Notes: generated by a model not told the origin, from the sequence alone. Positions 19,402 through 29,024 are shown, counted from the first letter of the stretch. The stretch is DNA of 64,000 bases from Candidatus Microgenomates bacterium (GCA_049519355.1 JBEKQV010000002.1:131479-195478); one strand, 5' to 3'. Program-made: numbers and translations.

Positions 19402-20659
19402 TGTTATCTTTTTCAGCAGTTATTTCGGCTCCAAGGGATTTCAATCTCTCGTCAATTCTTTCATAACCCCGCGCAACCACTTCGACATTTTCAATTTCAC
19501 TTCTACCAGATGCCGCCAACGCGGCCAAAATTACGGATACCCCAGCCCTAATATCTTTGCAAAAAAGTCTGTCACTCAAAAGCGGAGTCGGACCGCTTAC
19601 AATAACCCTATGAGGATCGGCAATAAAAATTTTAGCCCCCATTGAAATCAGATCATCAACAAAAAACATTCTCCACTCATACATCCAGTCATGACAAAGG
19701 ACAGTTCCTTGAGTTTGTGTTGCCAAAACAATGAAAGGACTCATAAGATCCGTCGGAAACCCCGGCCAAGGTCTTGTTTGAAATTTTGTTCTTGATGCAA
19801 CGAGTTTAGATGGTAAAACAGTCAAAGTATTTTTGGAGGATTTAAAATTTACTCCCATATAAGAAAGATAATTTAAGATCATTGGACAATCCTCCACCTG
19901 AAAATCCTCAATCTCAACTTCACCTCCGGTTATGGCAGCCGCAATTGCAAAAGTTCCGCCTTCAATATGATCCGGGCAAACTTTATACTCCGCTCCATTT
20001 AGTTTGCCGCCAGTAATGGAAAGAACGTTTGACCCGATTCCTCCGATTTTTGCACCCATTTTAACCAAAAAGTTTGCCAGGTTCGCTACATGCGGCTCTG
20101 TAGCGGCGTCATCGATCTTGATATTTGCGCGCATTGATGATGCCATCATAAGCCCCATTTCGGTTGCTGTTACAGAAGGTTCGTCAAGAAAAATATCAGT
20201 AGGATTTCGTTTTTTCCAGTTAAGAAAATACCTTCCATCCTCACGTCGAATTTTAACACCCATTTTTTGCATCATGGCAAAATGTGTTTCCAAAAGTCTT
20301 TCTCCTATCTGATCACCGCCTGGAGGAGTAACTATTGCTTGGTTAAACCGGACGAGGAGAGGCGCCGCCAAAACTACAGATGCTCTAAATTTACTCGAAA
20401 GATCCGGGTCCAAATCATATGAAGTCAGTCCTGAAGGGTCAACTGTAACTGTATGATCCTCTCGTTTAACCTTAGCTCCCAACCTCGTTATGAGGTCCAG
20501 CATAACGGTAATATCGGAAATATCGGGAACATTGGTAATAACAGAGGGTGTATCGGCCAGCAGTGCAGCAGGAATCAGCTTCAAGGCAGCATTTTTATTG
20601 CCCGAAAGTTTGATTTTACCGCTAAGCTTCTTGCCACCCGTAACTATAAACTTAGACAT
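19391..20659 (-). CDS. murA: UDP-N-acetylglucosamine 1-carboxyvinyltransferase MurA
   Basis: EPSP-synthase fold; N-terminal KFIVTGGKKLSGKIKLSGNKNAALKLIPAALLA typical of MurA; 422 aa. Confidence 0.9.
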   Translation of the reverse strand: MSKFIVTGGKKLSGKIKLSGNKNAALKLIPAALLADTPSVITNVPDISDITVMLDLITRLGAKVKREDHTVTVDPSGLTSYDLDPDLSSKFRASVVLAAPLLVRFNQAIVTPPGGDQIGERLLETHFAMMQKMGVKIRREDGRYFLNWKKRNPTDIFLDEPSVTATEMGLMMASSMRANIKIDDAATEPHVANLANFLVKMGAKIGGIGSNVLSITGGKLNGAEYKVCPDHIEGGTFAIAAAITGGEVEIEDFQVEDCPMILNYLSYMGVNFKSSKNTLTVLPSKLVASRTKFQTRPWPGFPTDLMSPFIVLATQTQGTVLCHDWMYEWRMFFVDDLISMGAKIFIADPHRVIVSGPTPLLSDRLFCKDIRAGVSVILAALAASGRSEIENVEVVARGYERIDERLKSLGAEITAEKDNNGK

Positions 20660-20678
20660 AAGCTTAATGTGTATTGTA

Positions 20679-22388
20679 TCACTGACTCGGTTGTATGCCC
20701 AAATACGGAAAAAGATCTTTTGCTATAGCGTACCACAAAGGAGCAGCCGTTTCGGCGGCCCAGGGAGAGGAGGTAGGAGATTCAAGTGTTACAAGCATTA
20801 CGAATTTTGGTTTATCAGCCGGGGCGAACCCAATAAAAGAGTGGTTTGTGTTTACCGGGTCGTAATGTCCGGCTACCGGAATTTGTGCTGTCCCGGTTTT
20901 CCCAGCAACGTTAAAACCGGGGATCCTTGTCCATTTTGCCTCTCCAAGGTTCGCGGCATCCACCATCATCTGTGTAATCTCCTGAGCAGCCTGAGTACTT
21001 ATAATCCTGATGGGCGGGTCGGATTTAACTTGTTGTTCCCAACCATCCCCTTGAATTGAATCAACAACTTTCGGAGTAACTAAATATCCACCGTTTGCAA
21101 TCGCCGAAACGGCTCTAACCATTTCGATTCCGGTTACTGCTACACCTTGACCAAAACTTGCGGTCGCCAAATCCACATTATTCCAGGTTCCCTTTTCTCT
21201 AAGTTTGGGGGCAGATTCTCCCTGAAGATCAATACCGGTCAAACTCCCAATCCCGAACTTTTGGAGGTAATCATATAGCCTATCCGCACCTAATTTTTGA
21301 CCGACAAATGACATTCCAACATTGTCTGAATTCACAATAACCTGATCCATTGTGCTTCCGGGGTGATAAACATCATTCCATGTTCTTATTGAATAGCCGT
21401 CAACTTCCAGTGGACCGTTGCAAATGTCACACTGTGTATCTGGAGTGACAACACCCGCATCTAAGGCGGACGCCATGACTAAAACCTTAAATATAGAACC
21501 AGGCTCGAAAGAATCCGAAATTACGGGATTTTTAAACAGAGAGTTATTGTACTGTGAATAGTTTGAAGGGTCATATGAAGGTAAACTGGCCATTGCTAAG
21601 ATATTTCCGTTCGTCGGATCCATAATGGCAACACTGCCCCCTTTTGCGCCGTATTTTTGAATACCATTTGTCAGTTCATTTTCAGCTACTAGTTGAATTC
21701 TCTTGTCTAGACTCGTCTGAAGATTAACGCCGGGAATTGCCGAAACCTGAGTCGTTCCTCCGGTCAAAATTGGCGACCCCAATGCATCCTTTTCACCCCC
21801 AACAAAACCGGGTTTGCCGCTCAGGGGAAGATCATAATATCCTTCCAAACCAAAATAGCCAACATCCGAACCGTCCGAATTTTTTCCGACAAATCCCAGT
21901 AATTGAGCTGCAGCTGAAGCTTCCGGGTAATAAGATGCTTCCTGACTGTCAAAACCAATGCCGGGAATTTTTAAGGCTTCAATATTTCTTTTCGTACCGT
22001 CATCCACCTTTGATTCAAGAGCAACCCAGCTTGTGTTCTTGGATAAAAGTCCTTGCAACTTGCTTTCCTCATCTTGCAGAGCAGACTCCCCCTGTGACAC
22101 ATCGACAAAAAATGGCGCAAGTGTAGAAGCAATTTCAAAAGGTGAACTAATTAATTGGTGTGGGTTAGCAAAAACCTGCCAGGCCGGGGTTCTGGCAACC
22201 CAAAAACTGCCGTCAGATGCCAGAATATTTCCTCTCGGCGCCGATGTTACTGTGGATGAAGCATACTGACTCCTAGCCTGATCAGATAACTGACCTGCCT
22301 TAATTACCTGCCAGTAAAAAAGTTTAACAACAAGCGCCAAAAAAAGCCCAAGAAACAGGATTGAGAGTATGCGTATTTTTATAAGCAT
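20679..22388 (-). CDS. ftsI: Penicillin-binding protein 2 / FtsI-type transpeptidase
   Basis: N-terminal TM anchor; transpeptidase motifs SxxK (GSIFK), SxN (NSDN), KTG(T) (AGKTGTAQ); 569 aa. Confidence 0.85.
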   Translation of the reverse strand: MLIKIRILSILFLGLFLALVVKLFYWQVIKAGQLSDQARSQYASSTVTSAPRGNILASDGSFWVARTPAWQVFANPHQLISSPFEIASTLAPFFVDVSQGESALQDEESKLQGLLSKNTSWVALESKVDDGTKRNIEALKIPGIGFDSQEASYYPEASAAAQLLGFVGKNSDGSDVGYFGLEGYYDLPLSGKPGFVGGEKDALGSPILTGGTTQVSAIPGVNLQTSLDKRIQLVAENELTNGIQKYGAKGGSVAIMDPTNGNILAMASLPSYDPSNYSQYNNSLFKNPVISDSFEPGSIFKVLVMASALDAGVVTPDTQCDICNGPLEVDGYSIRTWNDVYHPGSTMDQVIVNSDNVGMSFVGQKLGADRLYDYLQKFGIGSLTGIDLQGESAPKLREKGTWNNVDLATASFGQGVAVTGIEMVRAVSAIANGGYLVTPKVVDSIQGDGWEQQVKSDPPIRIISTQAAQEITQMMVDAANLGEAKWTRIPGFNVAGKTGTAQIPVAGHYDPVNTNHSFIGFAPADKPKFVMLVTLESPTSSPWAAETAAPLWYAIAKDLFPYLGIQPSQ

Positions 22389-22397
22389 AATTTCTCA

Positions 22398-22700
22398 TCA
22401 AGGAAGCTGTGCAACCGGTTGGGACGGTGTAACATAGACCAATGTGGTGGGTTTGATATAACCCATCTCGACGCTTTTTTGCTCAAGGTCACTTATTGAA
22501 AGAGATTTAACAAGTGTATCTTCCAGGTCTCTATTCTGCTCCGAAAGTTGATCTTCTTTATCACGTAAATTAGAAACCTCCACCCCGGAAGTTGCAGTCT
22601 CAACGGTCATAAAGACAGACGAAATTGCCAAAATACCACAAACACCAATTAAAATGTACTTCTTTAGATTGATAGTTTTTCTACTTTCGATTTTTCTCAT
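22398..22700 (-). CDS. ftsL: FtsL/DivIC-like septum formation protein (TM plus coiled coil)
   Basis: 100 aa, single TM helix followed by a heptad-rich segment; sits between rsmH and ftsI as in canonical dcw clusters. Confidence 0.5.
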   Translation of the reverse strand: MRKIESRKTINLKKYILIGVCGILAISSVFMTVETATSGVEVSNLRDKEDQLSEQNRDLEDTLVKSLSISDLEQKSVEMGYIKPTTLVYVTPSQPVAQLP

Positions 22701-22710
22701 ATCTATGTAT

Positions 22711-23592
22711 TTATTTTTGTAAAATCCTCATCTTTGCGCTCCTCGCTCGTCTATTTTCAATTAATTCGGCTTCCCCCGCCAGAATTGGTTTGAATGTGAT
22801 TAATTTAGACCCTTCTTTCGTTTTTTCCTTGAAAAAATCCTTAACGATCACATCTTCTTTGGAATGAAAACTAATTACTACCAGTCTTCCGCCCTTCTCG
22901 AGCAATCCAAAAGCTTTTGGCAAAACTTCCGCCAAGTTTGTTAGCTCACTGTTAACCGCAATCCTCAGCGCCAAAAAAGGTAATGTTGCTTCCCTCAGGC
23001 CATTCCTACCTGCCCGTAGTCCTTCCGATATTTCAAGCATGTCACTTACGGTACTTATCGATTTAATGGCTCTAGAATGAACAACCCTTCCGCTTATCCA
23101 CTTGGCCGCACCTGGATCAAGTGTTACTTCAAAAAGGCTCCTAAGCTGGTCCTCTCTCAAAACATTAAGTAAATCCGACGCTTTTACTCCCTGGGTTTTG
23201 GGAGAAATCCGCATATCCAGTAGTGCTTCAGGGTTTTCAAATGAAAATCCCCGTTCCAAATCCTTAAGATGAATATTAGTTACGCCTAAGTCAAAAAGGA
23301 TACCCGAAACAGGCATCCAGCCATTTTCTTCAGCAATCTTATCGATTTGAGTAAAGTTACTGTTTACAAGTTTGAGATCTGATTTCCATTCCTCACCAAG
23401 ACGCTTTTTAGCTATTGCCAGCATTTGCGGATCCAAATCAATTCCCAGAACCCTTCCGCCTGCTTTTAATATTTCCAATGTGTGTCCTCCGTTTCCGACT
23501 GTTGAATCTATATATTTACGGGCTTTTTCAATGTGCAATGCTTCAACTACCTCGTTAACCAATACCGATTCATGCAAATTGTCACTTTTCAT
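22711..23592 (-). CDS. rsmH: 16S rRNA (cytosine1402-N4)-methyltransferase RsmH (MraW)
   Basis: SAM-binding motif and MraW family length (293 aa); immediately downstream of mraZ. Confidence 0.9.
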   Translation of the reverse strand: MKSDNLHESVLVNEVVEALHIEKARKYIDSTVGNGGHTLEILKAGGRVLGIDLDPQMLAIAKKRLGEEWKSDLKLVNSNFTQIDKIAEENGWMPVSGILFDLGVTNIHLKDLERGFSFENPEALLDMRISPKTQGVKASDLLNVLREDQLRSLFEVTLDPGAAKWISGRVVHSRAIKSISTVSDMLEISEGLRAGRNGLREATLPFLALRIAVNSELTNLAEVLPKAFGLLEKGGRLVVISFHSKEDVIVKDFFKEKTKEGSKLITFKPILAGEAELIENRRARSAKMRILQK

Positions 23593-24016
23593 TCTTACTA
23601 AGTTCTTCTATGAATTCTTTGGTTGTCTTGGCCAAACCAATTGACTTTTCATCCCAAGCGATCCTAGACCAGATTTCTACCCTATCAATTAGTCCTACAA
23701 AAATCACATCCCTCCCAAGGGCAGCATAAGATGATAAAATCTCCGGAATGACAATTCTGCCTTGTTCGTCGGGCTCCGTTTCGAACGCACTTCCCAAGAT
23801 AAATCTTTCAATATCCCGAACCCCCAGGCTAACAGTTTCTTTCCCACCGGTAAGCCTTTTTAAAAGCAATTCCCAAAAATCAGCGCTAACCAAAATCAAA
23901 CAATCCTCATACCATTTGGCCAAAACCGGGTTTGTTCCAAGATCTTTTAAAAATTTTTTAGGTACTGCGACGCGTCTTGCATCGCTTAAGTTGCCCAAAT
24001 ATGATCCAATTAACAT
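23582..24016 (-). CDS. mraZ: Transcriptional regulator MraZ
   Basis: 144 aa with duplicated MraZ/SpoVT-AbrB-like halves; first gene of the dcw cluster. Confidence 0.85.
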   Translation of the reverse strand: MLIGSYLGNLSDARRVAVPKKFLKDLGTNPVLAKWYEDCLILVSADFWELLLKRLTGGKETVSLGVRDIERFILGSAFETEPDEQGRIVIPEILSSYAALGRDVIFVGLIDRVEIWSRIAWDEKSIGLAKTTKEFIEELSKNEK

Positions 24017-24036
24017 ATGAAGTTCTTGGGCAGGAA

Positions 24037-24100
24037 CTCCACCAAATCACCATCTTTTACCACTAGACACCATTTTTATATATTTTCACAGAGATGTCAA
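24037..24100 (-). promoter_or_regulatory. Putative mraZ promoter (TTGACA at 24100-24095 on the minus strand) followed by an array of GGTG/GTGGT direct repeats (candidate MraZ boxes, 24037-24073)
   Basis: The minus-strand sequence upstream of the mraZ ATG reads TTGACAtctctgtgaaaatatataaaaATGGTGtctaGTGGTaaaagatGGTGatttGGTGGagttcctgcccaagaacttcATG. It contains 4 GTGG-type repeats at roughly 8-11 nt spacing. Confidence 0.4.
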
Positions 24101-24141
24101 GAGTCTCTTCACGATTTTCACAAGAATCTTAATTTGAAGAA

Positions 24142-24810
24142 TTATTGTCCCAGTTTACCGGGATGAGGTTTTCCGTCCGAAGCAAAAACTCCGTAGCCAT
24201 TCTGCCAGACAACATATGCCGAAGGATCAGGCTGGACAAAAGTCGACATTGTTACAAAATAGACATTCTTCGGCACTACATTTAAGCTATAAGTAAATTT
24301 GCCGTCAACCGAAGTTAAAGTTGCAGTACCTGACTGTAAATGAAAATCTGCAGAAAGTTTTCCTACAGATTTACCGTTTGCGTCTCTGAACGTAATAGTC
24401 ATACTTCCGGTTTCTACACCATCGTCATACCTGTACTTGCCCGACGATTCCGAACCCAAAAGAAGCTGCTTATCGATATCTGTACCGGTTAGCTTGACTG
24501 TCCCCGGAACACCCTGCTGACCGCCATCAGTCGTATTGTAAATCATGAGATAATCCATTGAAGCGGCCTGTGGAACATTAATTTTTTGGACCTTAAAGTC
24601 AAGCCAGTGCCCAAGCGAGCCATTGACTTGAGGGTTGCTGGTAGGAATTAAGGTCATAATAGGCCATTCCGATTGAGGAAGCTCAGGAACGTTTTCTACT
24701 TGTGTACCGCTTGGAGAAGAACTACCTCCTCCCAGTGTCTTCAACGCCAAAACAATTACTATAATTATAACAACTACTATTGCGACACCAATAATAAGAA
24801 GCTTTTTCAT
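24142..24810 (-). CDS. Hypothetical membrane-anchored extracytoplasmic protein
   Basis: N-terminal hydrophobic helix (LLIIGVAIVVVIIIVIVLAL), Gly/Ser linker, no recognisable catalytic motif; 222 aa. Confidence 0.4.
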   Translation of the reverse strand: MKKLLIIGVAIVVVIIIVIVLALKTLGGGSSSPSGTQVENVPELPQSEWPIMTLIPTSNPQVNGSLGHWLDFKVQKINVPQAASMDYLMIYNTTDGGQQGVPGTVKLTGTDIDKQLLLGSESSGKYRYDDGVETGSMTITFRDANGKSVGKLSADFHLQSGTATLTSVDGKFTYSLNVVPKNVYFVTMSTFVQPDPSAYVVWQNGYGVFASDGKPHPGKLGQ

Positions 24811-26090
24811 TACATTAATTTATTTTCAAAGTATTCCGAGAGTTTGTCAAGACTTACCCTCTCCTGCTTGGCAGTGTCACGGTCGCGTACGGTGACCGTT
24901 GCATCATCAAGTGACTGGAAATCAACTGTTACACACCAGGGGGTACCAATTTCATCCTGAGCGAAGTAGCGCTTGCCTATGTTTCCCCTGTCATCCCAAG
25001 CAACGACAAGATCTTTCTTAAGACTGCCATAAATTTCTTTAGCTTTTTCTACTAATTCAGGCTTATTTTTAAGGAGTGGAAACACAGCCACTTTATAGGG
25101 AGATAGTTTGGGGTTAAGTTTAAGAATCACTCTTTCTCCTTCTTCTGCATAAGCGTCAATAAGGAAAAAAAGTAGCGCCCTGTCAACGCCACCCGAAGTC
25201 TCGATAACCCAAGGTGTAAATTCTTCTCCCGTAATTTCATCCTTATATGTTAAACCGTGGTTTTTCAAATCAAAGTCTCCCCTATGGTGAATGCCTTCAA
25301 ACTCGCTCCAGCCGAAAGGTGCATTATATTCAATATCGGTAGCATACCGCGCATAGTGTGCTCTTTTTTCCGGCTCATGATCACGGAATCTTAATTTTTC
25401 CTCTGCTATTCCCAAATCGGTGTACCATTTCTTTCTTGTTTCTTTCCAAAATTCGAAAGTCTTTTTGCTTTCCGCTTCATCGGGCTTAACAAAATATTCC
25501 AATTCCATTTGATCAAACTCGAGATCACGAAAAGTAAAATTTCCCGGTGTAATTTCGTTTCTGAAAGCTTTTCCGATCTGTGCAATCCCGAATGGAATTT
25601 TAATCCGAGTGGAATCAACAACATTTTTAAAATTCACAAAAACCCCTTGAGTAATTTCTCCGCGAAGATACGCTTTCTCTTTTGGTTCTGTAACCCCAAG
25701 AAAAACCTCAGTTAGCGTGTTAAATTGTTTGGCTTCAGTCCAATTTCCTTTCCCATTATGTTCCTTTTCGTGATTTTTGATAGCAGTTTCATCATCTGCT
25801 CTAAATCTTTTATGACAAATTTTACATTCAACCATCGGGTCGGTGAAGGCTTTAAGATGTCCGGATTTTTCCCAGACAATAGGATTCATTATTATTGCAG
25901 CATCAATGCCTACCACGTCTTCACGGGAGTAAACCATATATTTCCACCACTCTTTCTTTATATTATTTTTTAACTCAACCCCCAAGGGCCCATAATCCCA
26001 AAAGCCCTGATAGCCTCCATAAATTTCACTGCCCTGGAAAATAAAGCCACGGCGCTTCGCCAGTGAAGAAACCTTTTCCATTAAGTCCAT
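24810..26090 (-). CDS. glyQS: Glycyl-tRNA synthetase, dimeric archaeal/eukaryal type
   Basis: N-terminus LAKRRGFIFQGSEIYGGYQGFWDYGPLGVELKNNIKKEWW is characteristic of class II alpha2 GlyRS; 426 aa. Confidence 0.85.
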   Translation of the reverse strand: MDLMEKVSSLAKRRGFIFQGSEIYGGYQGFWDYGPLGVELKNNIKKEWWKYMVYSREDVVGIDAAIIMNPIVWEKSGHLKAFTDPMVECKICHKRFRADDETAIKNHEKEHNGKGNWTEAKQFNTLTEVFLGVTEPKEKAYLRGEITQGVFVNFKNVVDSTRIKIPFGIAQIGKAFRNEITPGNFTFRDLEFDQMELEYFVKPDEAESKKTFEFWKETRKKWYTDLGIAEEKLRFRDHEPEKRAHYARYATDIEYNAPFGWSEFEGIHHRGDFDLKNHGLTYKDEITGEEFTPWVIETSGGVDRALLFFLIDAYAEEGERVILKLNPKLSPYKVAVFPLLKNKPELVEKAKEIYGSLKKDLVVAWDDRGNIGKRYFAQDEIGTPWCVTVDFQSLDDATVTVRDRDTAKQERVSLDKLSEYFENKLM

Positions 26091-26109
26091 ATATCAAGAA
26101 TTGTACTAT

Positions 26110-26583
26110 TTACCGATTCAAAATCCAAACGGAGAAATTCAGAATTGTGGCAAAGCTGACCCATACCGCATACGGATAAAGAAGATAAGCCGCATTCTTG
26201 TCAATTTTGGCAAAAAGGGTAATTGTTTTTATTATGAAGAAAAGCATCAAAATGATAATAATAAGAGCCAAAAAAATATTCTTATATCCAAAGAAAACCG
26301 GAGTCCAGACAGCATTCAAAAAAAGCTGGACACAAAAGGTATAAACCGCTTCCCGGGACTTTTTAGTCTTCACCCCCTTCTTCCAAACCAAATAAAGGCT
26401 TATCCCCATTAAAATATAAAGAATTGTCCAAACCGGGGCAAAAAGATAATTTGGCGGACTAAAAGAAGGTTTGACTAATGCGGCATACCAAGCCGAAATT
26501 GCGGAAACCGTAAAAATAGTGCCAATTCCACCCGCAAATAAACAAATCCCGACGGAAACAATTAATTTTACAAATTTGTTCAT
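26110..26583 (-). CDS. tspO: TspO/MBR family tryptophan-rich sensory protein
   Basis: 157 aa, 5 TM, Trp-rich, signature WYAALVKPSFSPPNYLFAPVWTILYILMG. Confidence 0.75.
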   Translation of the reverse strand: MNKFVKLIVSVGICLFAGGIGTIFTVSAISAWYAALVKPSFSPPNYLFAPVWTILYILMGISLYLVWKKGVKTKKSREAVYTFCVQLFLNAVWTPVFFGYKNIFLALIIIILMLFFIIKTITLFAKIDKNAAYLLYPYAVWVSFATILNFSVWILNR

Positions 26584-26620
26584 AACTTCATGTTATTCCT
26601 AATGTATAATGAACTTCAAG

Positions 26621-27643
26621 ATGAAAAAAATTCTAATGGGCTTACTTTTTGTTATAGTTTTTGTCTTGGGATTTTCGGTAACTTATCTAACTCTCACTTT
26701 CTCAAAAGTTTTTGTAAAAAAACCAACGGCCTCATCTTCTCCGACACCAATTCCATTTTCTCAAGCAACTCCGGCCCCTCTCACAAACCCTAAGGGGGTT
26801 TTTAATCTACTTTTTTTGGGTTATGGTGGGGCAGGACACGACGGTTCACTTTTGACGGACAGCATGATAATCGTCCATGTTGATACAAACACAAATAAAG
26901 CCGCTTTTATTTCGGTTCCGAGAGATCTTTGGATCCCCGGAAACCGTAAAATAAATACCGAGGGTTCAATTAATGGTTTTCAGAATGTCGGGCCAACAAT
27001 TCAGAGTATAACCGGTCAACATATTGATTATTTTGTATCTGTGGATTTTGGAGGTTTCACCCAAATTATTGATGACCTTGGAGGAATTACTGTTCAGGTT
27101 CCCAAAACTTTTGATGATCCATATTATCCGATTACGGGGCAGGAAAATAACATATGCGGATTAACCGAAGATCAAATAAACGCACTTAAAGTAAAATATT
27201 CCGGAACGGCTCTTGAAGAACAATTTCCTTGCAGATTCGAGCATTTGCATTTTGATAAAGGTACTGCAAGTCTCGACGGGGCTACGGCATTAAAATTTGT
27301 CCGCTCGCGTCACGGGGACAGCGACTTTGGACGAAGCCTTAGGCAATTTGCAGTCCTTGTCGGAATCGAAAATAAACTGATTTCGCTTAAATCGTTAGGG
27401 AAACTTGATGATACGATCAACACGCTCTCCAACATTGTCAGAACTGATCTAAACGCCGGAACAATCAAATCTCTTCTCAATGTTTTTGGGGACCCGGGTA
27501 AATATACGATTACACAAATTCAATTAACAACAGACAATGTTTTAAATGAAACTACCAGTGCTGACGGACAGGATATTTTGGTTCCAAAAGCCGGAAACTT
27601 CAATTTTTCAGGCATAAAAAGTTATATTAGTAGTAATATTTAA
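26621..27643 (+). CDS. LytR-CpsA-Psr (LCP) family cell-wall glycopolymer phosphotransferase
   Basis: N-terminal TM then LCP core LLFLGYGGAGHDGSLLTDSMIIVHVDTNTNKAAFISVPRDLWIP; start moved to MKKILMG (26621) from the track start 26609. Confidence 0.8.
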   Translation: MKKILMGLLFVIVFVLGFSVTYLTLTFSKVFVKKPTASSSPTPIPFSQATPAPLTNPKGVFNLLFLGYGGAGHDGSLLTDSMIIVHVDTNTNKAAFISVPRDLWIPGNRKINTEGSINGFQNVGPTIQSITGQHIDYFVSVDFGGFTQIIDDLGGITVQVPKTFDDPYYPITGQENNICGLTEDQINALKVKYSGTALEEQFPCRFEHLHFDKGTASLDGATALKFVRSRHGDSDFGRSLRQFAVLVGIENKLISLKSLGKLDDTINTLSNIVRTDLNAGTIKSLLNVFGDPGKYTITQIQLTTDNVLNETTSADGQDILVPKAGNFNFSGIKSYISSNI

Positions 27644-27645
27644 TT

Positions 27646-28170
27646 ATGGAAACATTAACTCTCGCAGGCGGATGTTTTTGGTGTACGGAGGCAATTTTCT
27701 CGCAAATTAAAGGCGTTGAAAAAGTTACACCCGGCTATTCCGGCGGCACAAAAGAAAATCCAACTTATGAAGAAGTCTCAACCGGAGAGACCGGTCACGC
27801 AGAAAGTATCCAAATTGTCTTTGATCCAAAGATAATTAAATTGGACCAACTGCTTTATATTTTTTTCAAACTCCACGATCCAACAACACTAGACCGCCAA
27901 GGTGCCGATATCGGCACACAATACCGCTCGGCAATATTTTTTAACGGTGCGGAACAAAAGGCCGCAGCAGAAAAAGCAATAAAGGAAGCACAAAAAGATC
28001 ACAAAGATCCTATTGTTACCGAAGTAGTCCCTTACAAAAATTTCTTTCCGGCGGATCCATCTCACAAAGATTATTATTTTAAACACAGACTTTCCCCATA
28101 TTGCATACTCGTAATAGATCCGAAAATCCAAAAACTAAAGAAAGAATTCAAAAGTTATCTTAAGAATTAA
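27646..28170 (+). CDS. msrA: Peptide methionine-(S)-sulfoxide reductase MsrA
   Basis: Active-site GGCFWCTEA motif; 174 aa. Confidence 0.9.
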   Translation: METLTLAGGCFWCTEAIFSQIKGVEKVTPGYSGGTKENPTYEEVSTGETGHAESIQIVFDPKIIKLDQLLYIFFKLHDPTTLDRQGADIGTQYRSAIFFNGAEQKAAAEKAIKEAQKDHKDPIVTEVVPYKNFFPADPSHKDYYFKHRLSPYCILVIDPKIQKLKKEFKSYLKN

Positions 28171-29003
28171 TCGGGAAGAATATACATGTCCTGTCGGGTC
28201 TCGCTTACTCCAACTTTTTCCGCCTCACCTTTCAAAATTTTTTCGTAAGGCCAGCAAGCATAACAACCACCTTTGGGACATTTAAAATGATTAATTTGTC
28301 TTGCAAGTTTTATCCGCCTGGCTATTGTGTAGACTTTTTCAAAAGACTCTTCAATATCCGGCAATTTCTTTTCTGTAAGACCGTCATCCCTATCCAAGTA
28401 CCAATATGATGCGCCCGAAACTTTTTTACTTTGAGTATTGGTAGCTAGAAGCAAATAGATCGGAAGCTGAAGTGAATCTTCCTTTTCTTCGTTTTTTCCT
28501 GTCTTAAAATCAATTATATGGACTGAATCATTTTCCTCGTCATATTCCAACCAATCGATCTTTCCGCAAAGAATAATGCTGTCTTCCGCCGATAACCAGT
28601 AATTAGGAAGGTTTATGCTGGATTTGATTTTTATTGCTTTATGCAAAATCGGACCTGGATCCTCCTGCAAATTAATAAGCATTTGTTCGGCTCGGTCTCT
28701 GTAAACCATTTCTTCCGAATGTGTTTTAAATCCTCCCCTTTTCCCCATAATCTTTAGCCAAACGGGGTCCAATTTTTTAACAAGTGAGATTTTTAATCTT
28801 TCGTCTACCGGAAGAACCGCCAAAGATTCGATTACTTCATGAACCGCTTGTCCAAGCGCCAGAGGCGGTGACATTATCGTCATCTTATGTCCCGTCAGAG
28901 GATCTTTATAAACATTTCGCAAATAATATGATCTGGGGCATTTCAAAAAATCCGAAATTGAGGAGTGTGAAACCCATGTAGCCGAATATTTGTCGGGAGC
29001 CAT
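28167..29003 (-). CDS. Cas4-like / RecB-family PD-(D/E)XK nuclease with a C-terminal Fe-S cysteine cluster (DUF83-like)
   Basis: N-terminal conserved Cys (SDFLKCPRSYYLRN), a central acidic PD-(D/E)xK-type core (VHIIDFKTGK), and a C-terminal CPKGGCYACWPYE cluster, giving the 1+3 Cys arrangement typical of Cas4/AddB nuclease domains. Confidence 0.6.
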   Translation of the reverse strand: MAPDKYSATWVSHSSISDFLKCPRSYYLRNVYKDPLTGHKMTIMSPPLALGQAVHEVIESLAVLPVDERLKISLVKKLDPVWLKIMGKRGGFKTHSEEMVYRDRAEQMLINLQEDPGPILHKAIKIKSSINLPNYWLSAEDSIILCGKIDWLEYDEENDSVHIIDFKTGKNEEKEDSLQLPIYLLLATNTQSKKVSGASYWYLDRDDGLTEKKLPDIEESFEKVYTIARRIKLARQINHFKCPKGGCYACWPYEKILKGEAEKVGVSETRQDMYILPD

Positions 29004-29024
29004 AACAAATTATACCAACAATAA

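Noticed and set aside
20453-21059. ORFs with an NIGNIGNIGN-type repeat (20453-20728) and a 189-aa ORF spanning the murA/ftsI junction; considered as a possible repeat array or small gene
   Set aside because: The short tandem nucleotide repeat (ggtaatatcggaaatatcgggaacattggtaat) is simply the antisense of the murA codons for ...ITNVPDISDITVML... . It has no CRISPR-like spacer structure and both ORFs are antisense shadows.
28167-29003. CRISPR-Cas locus suggested by the Cas4-like nuclease
   Set aside because: The entire window has no regular direct-repeat/spacer array, and no cas1, cas2 or effector genes flank the nuclease. Standalone Cas4-like or RecB-like nucleases are common outside CRISPR systems.
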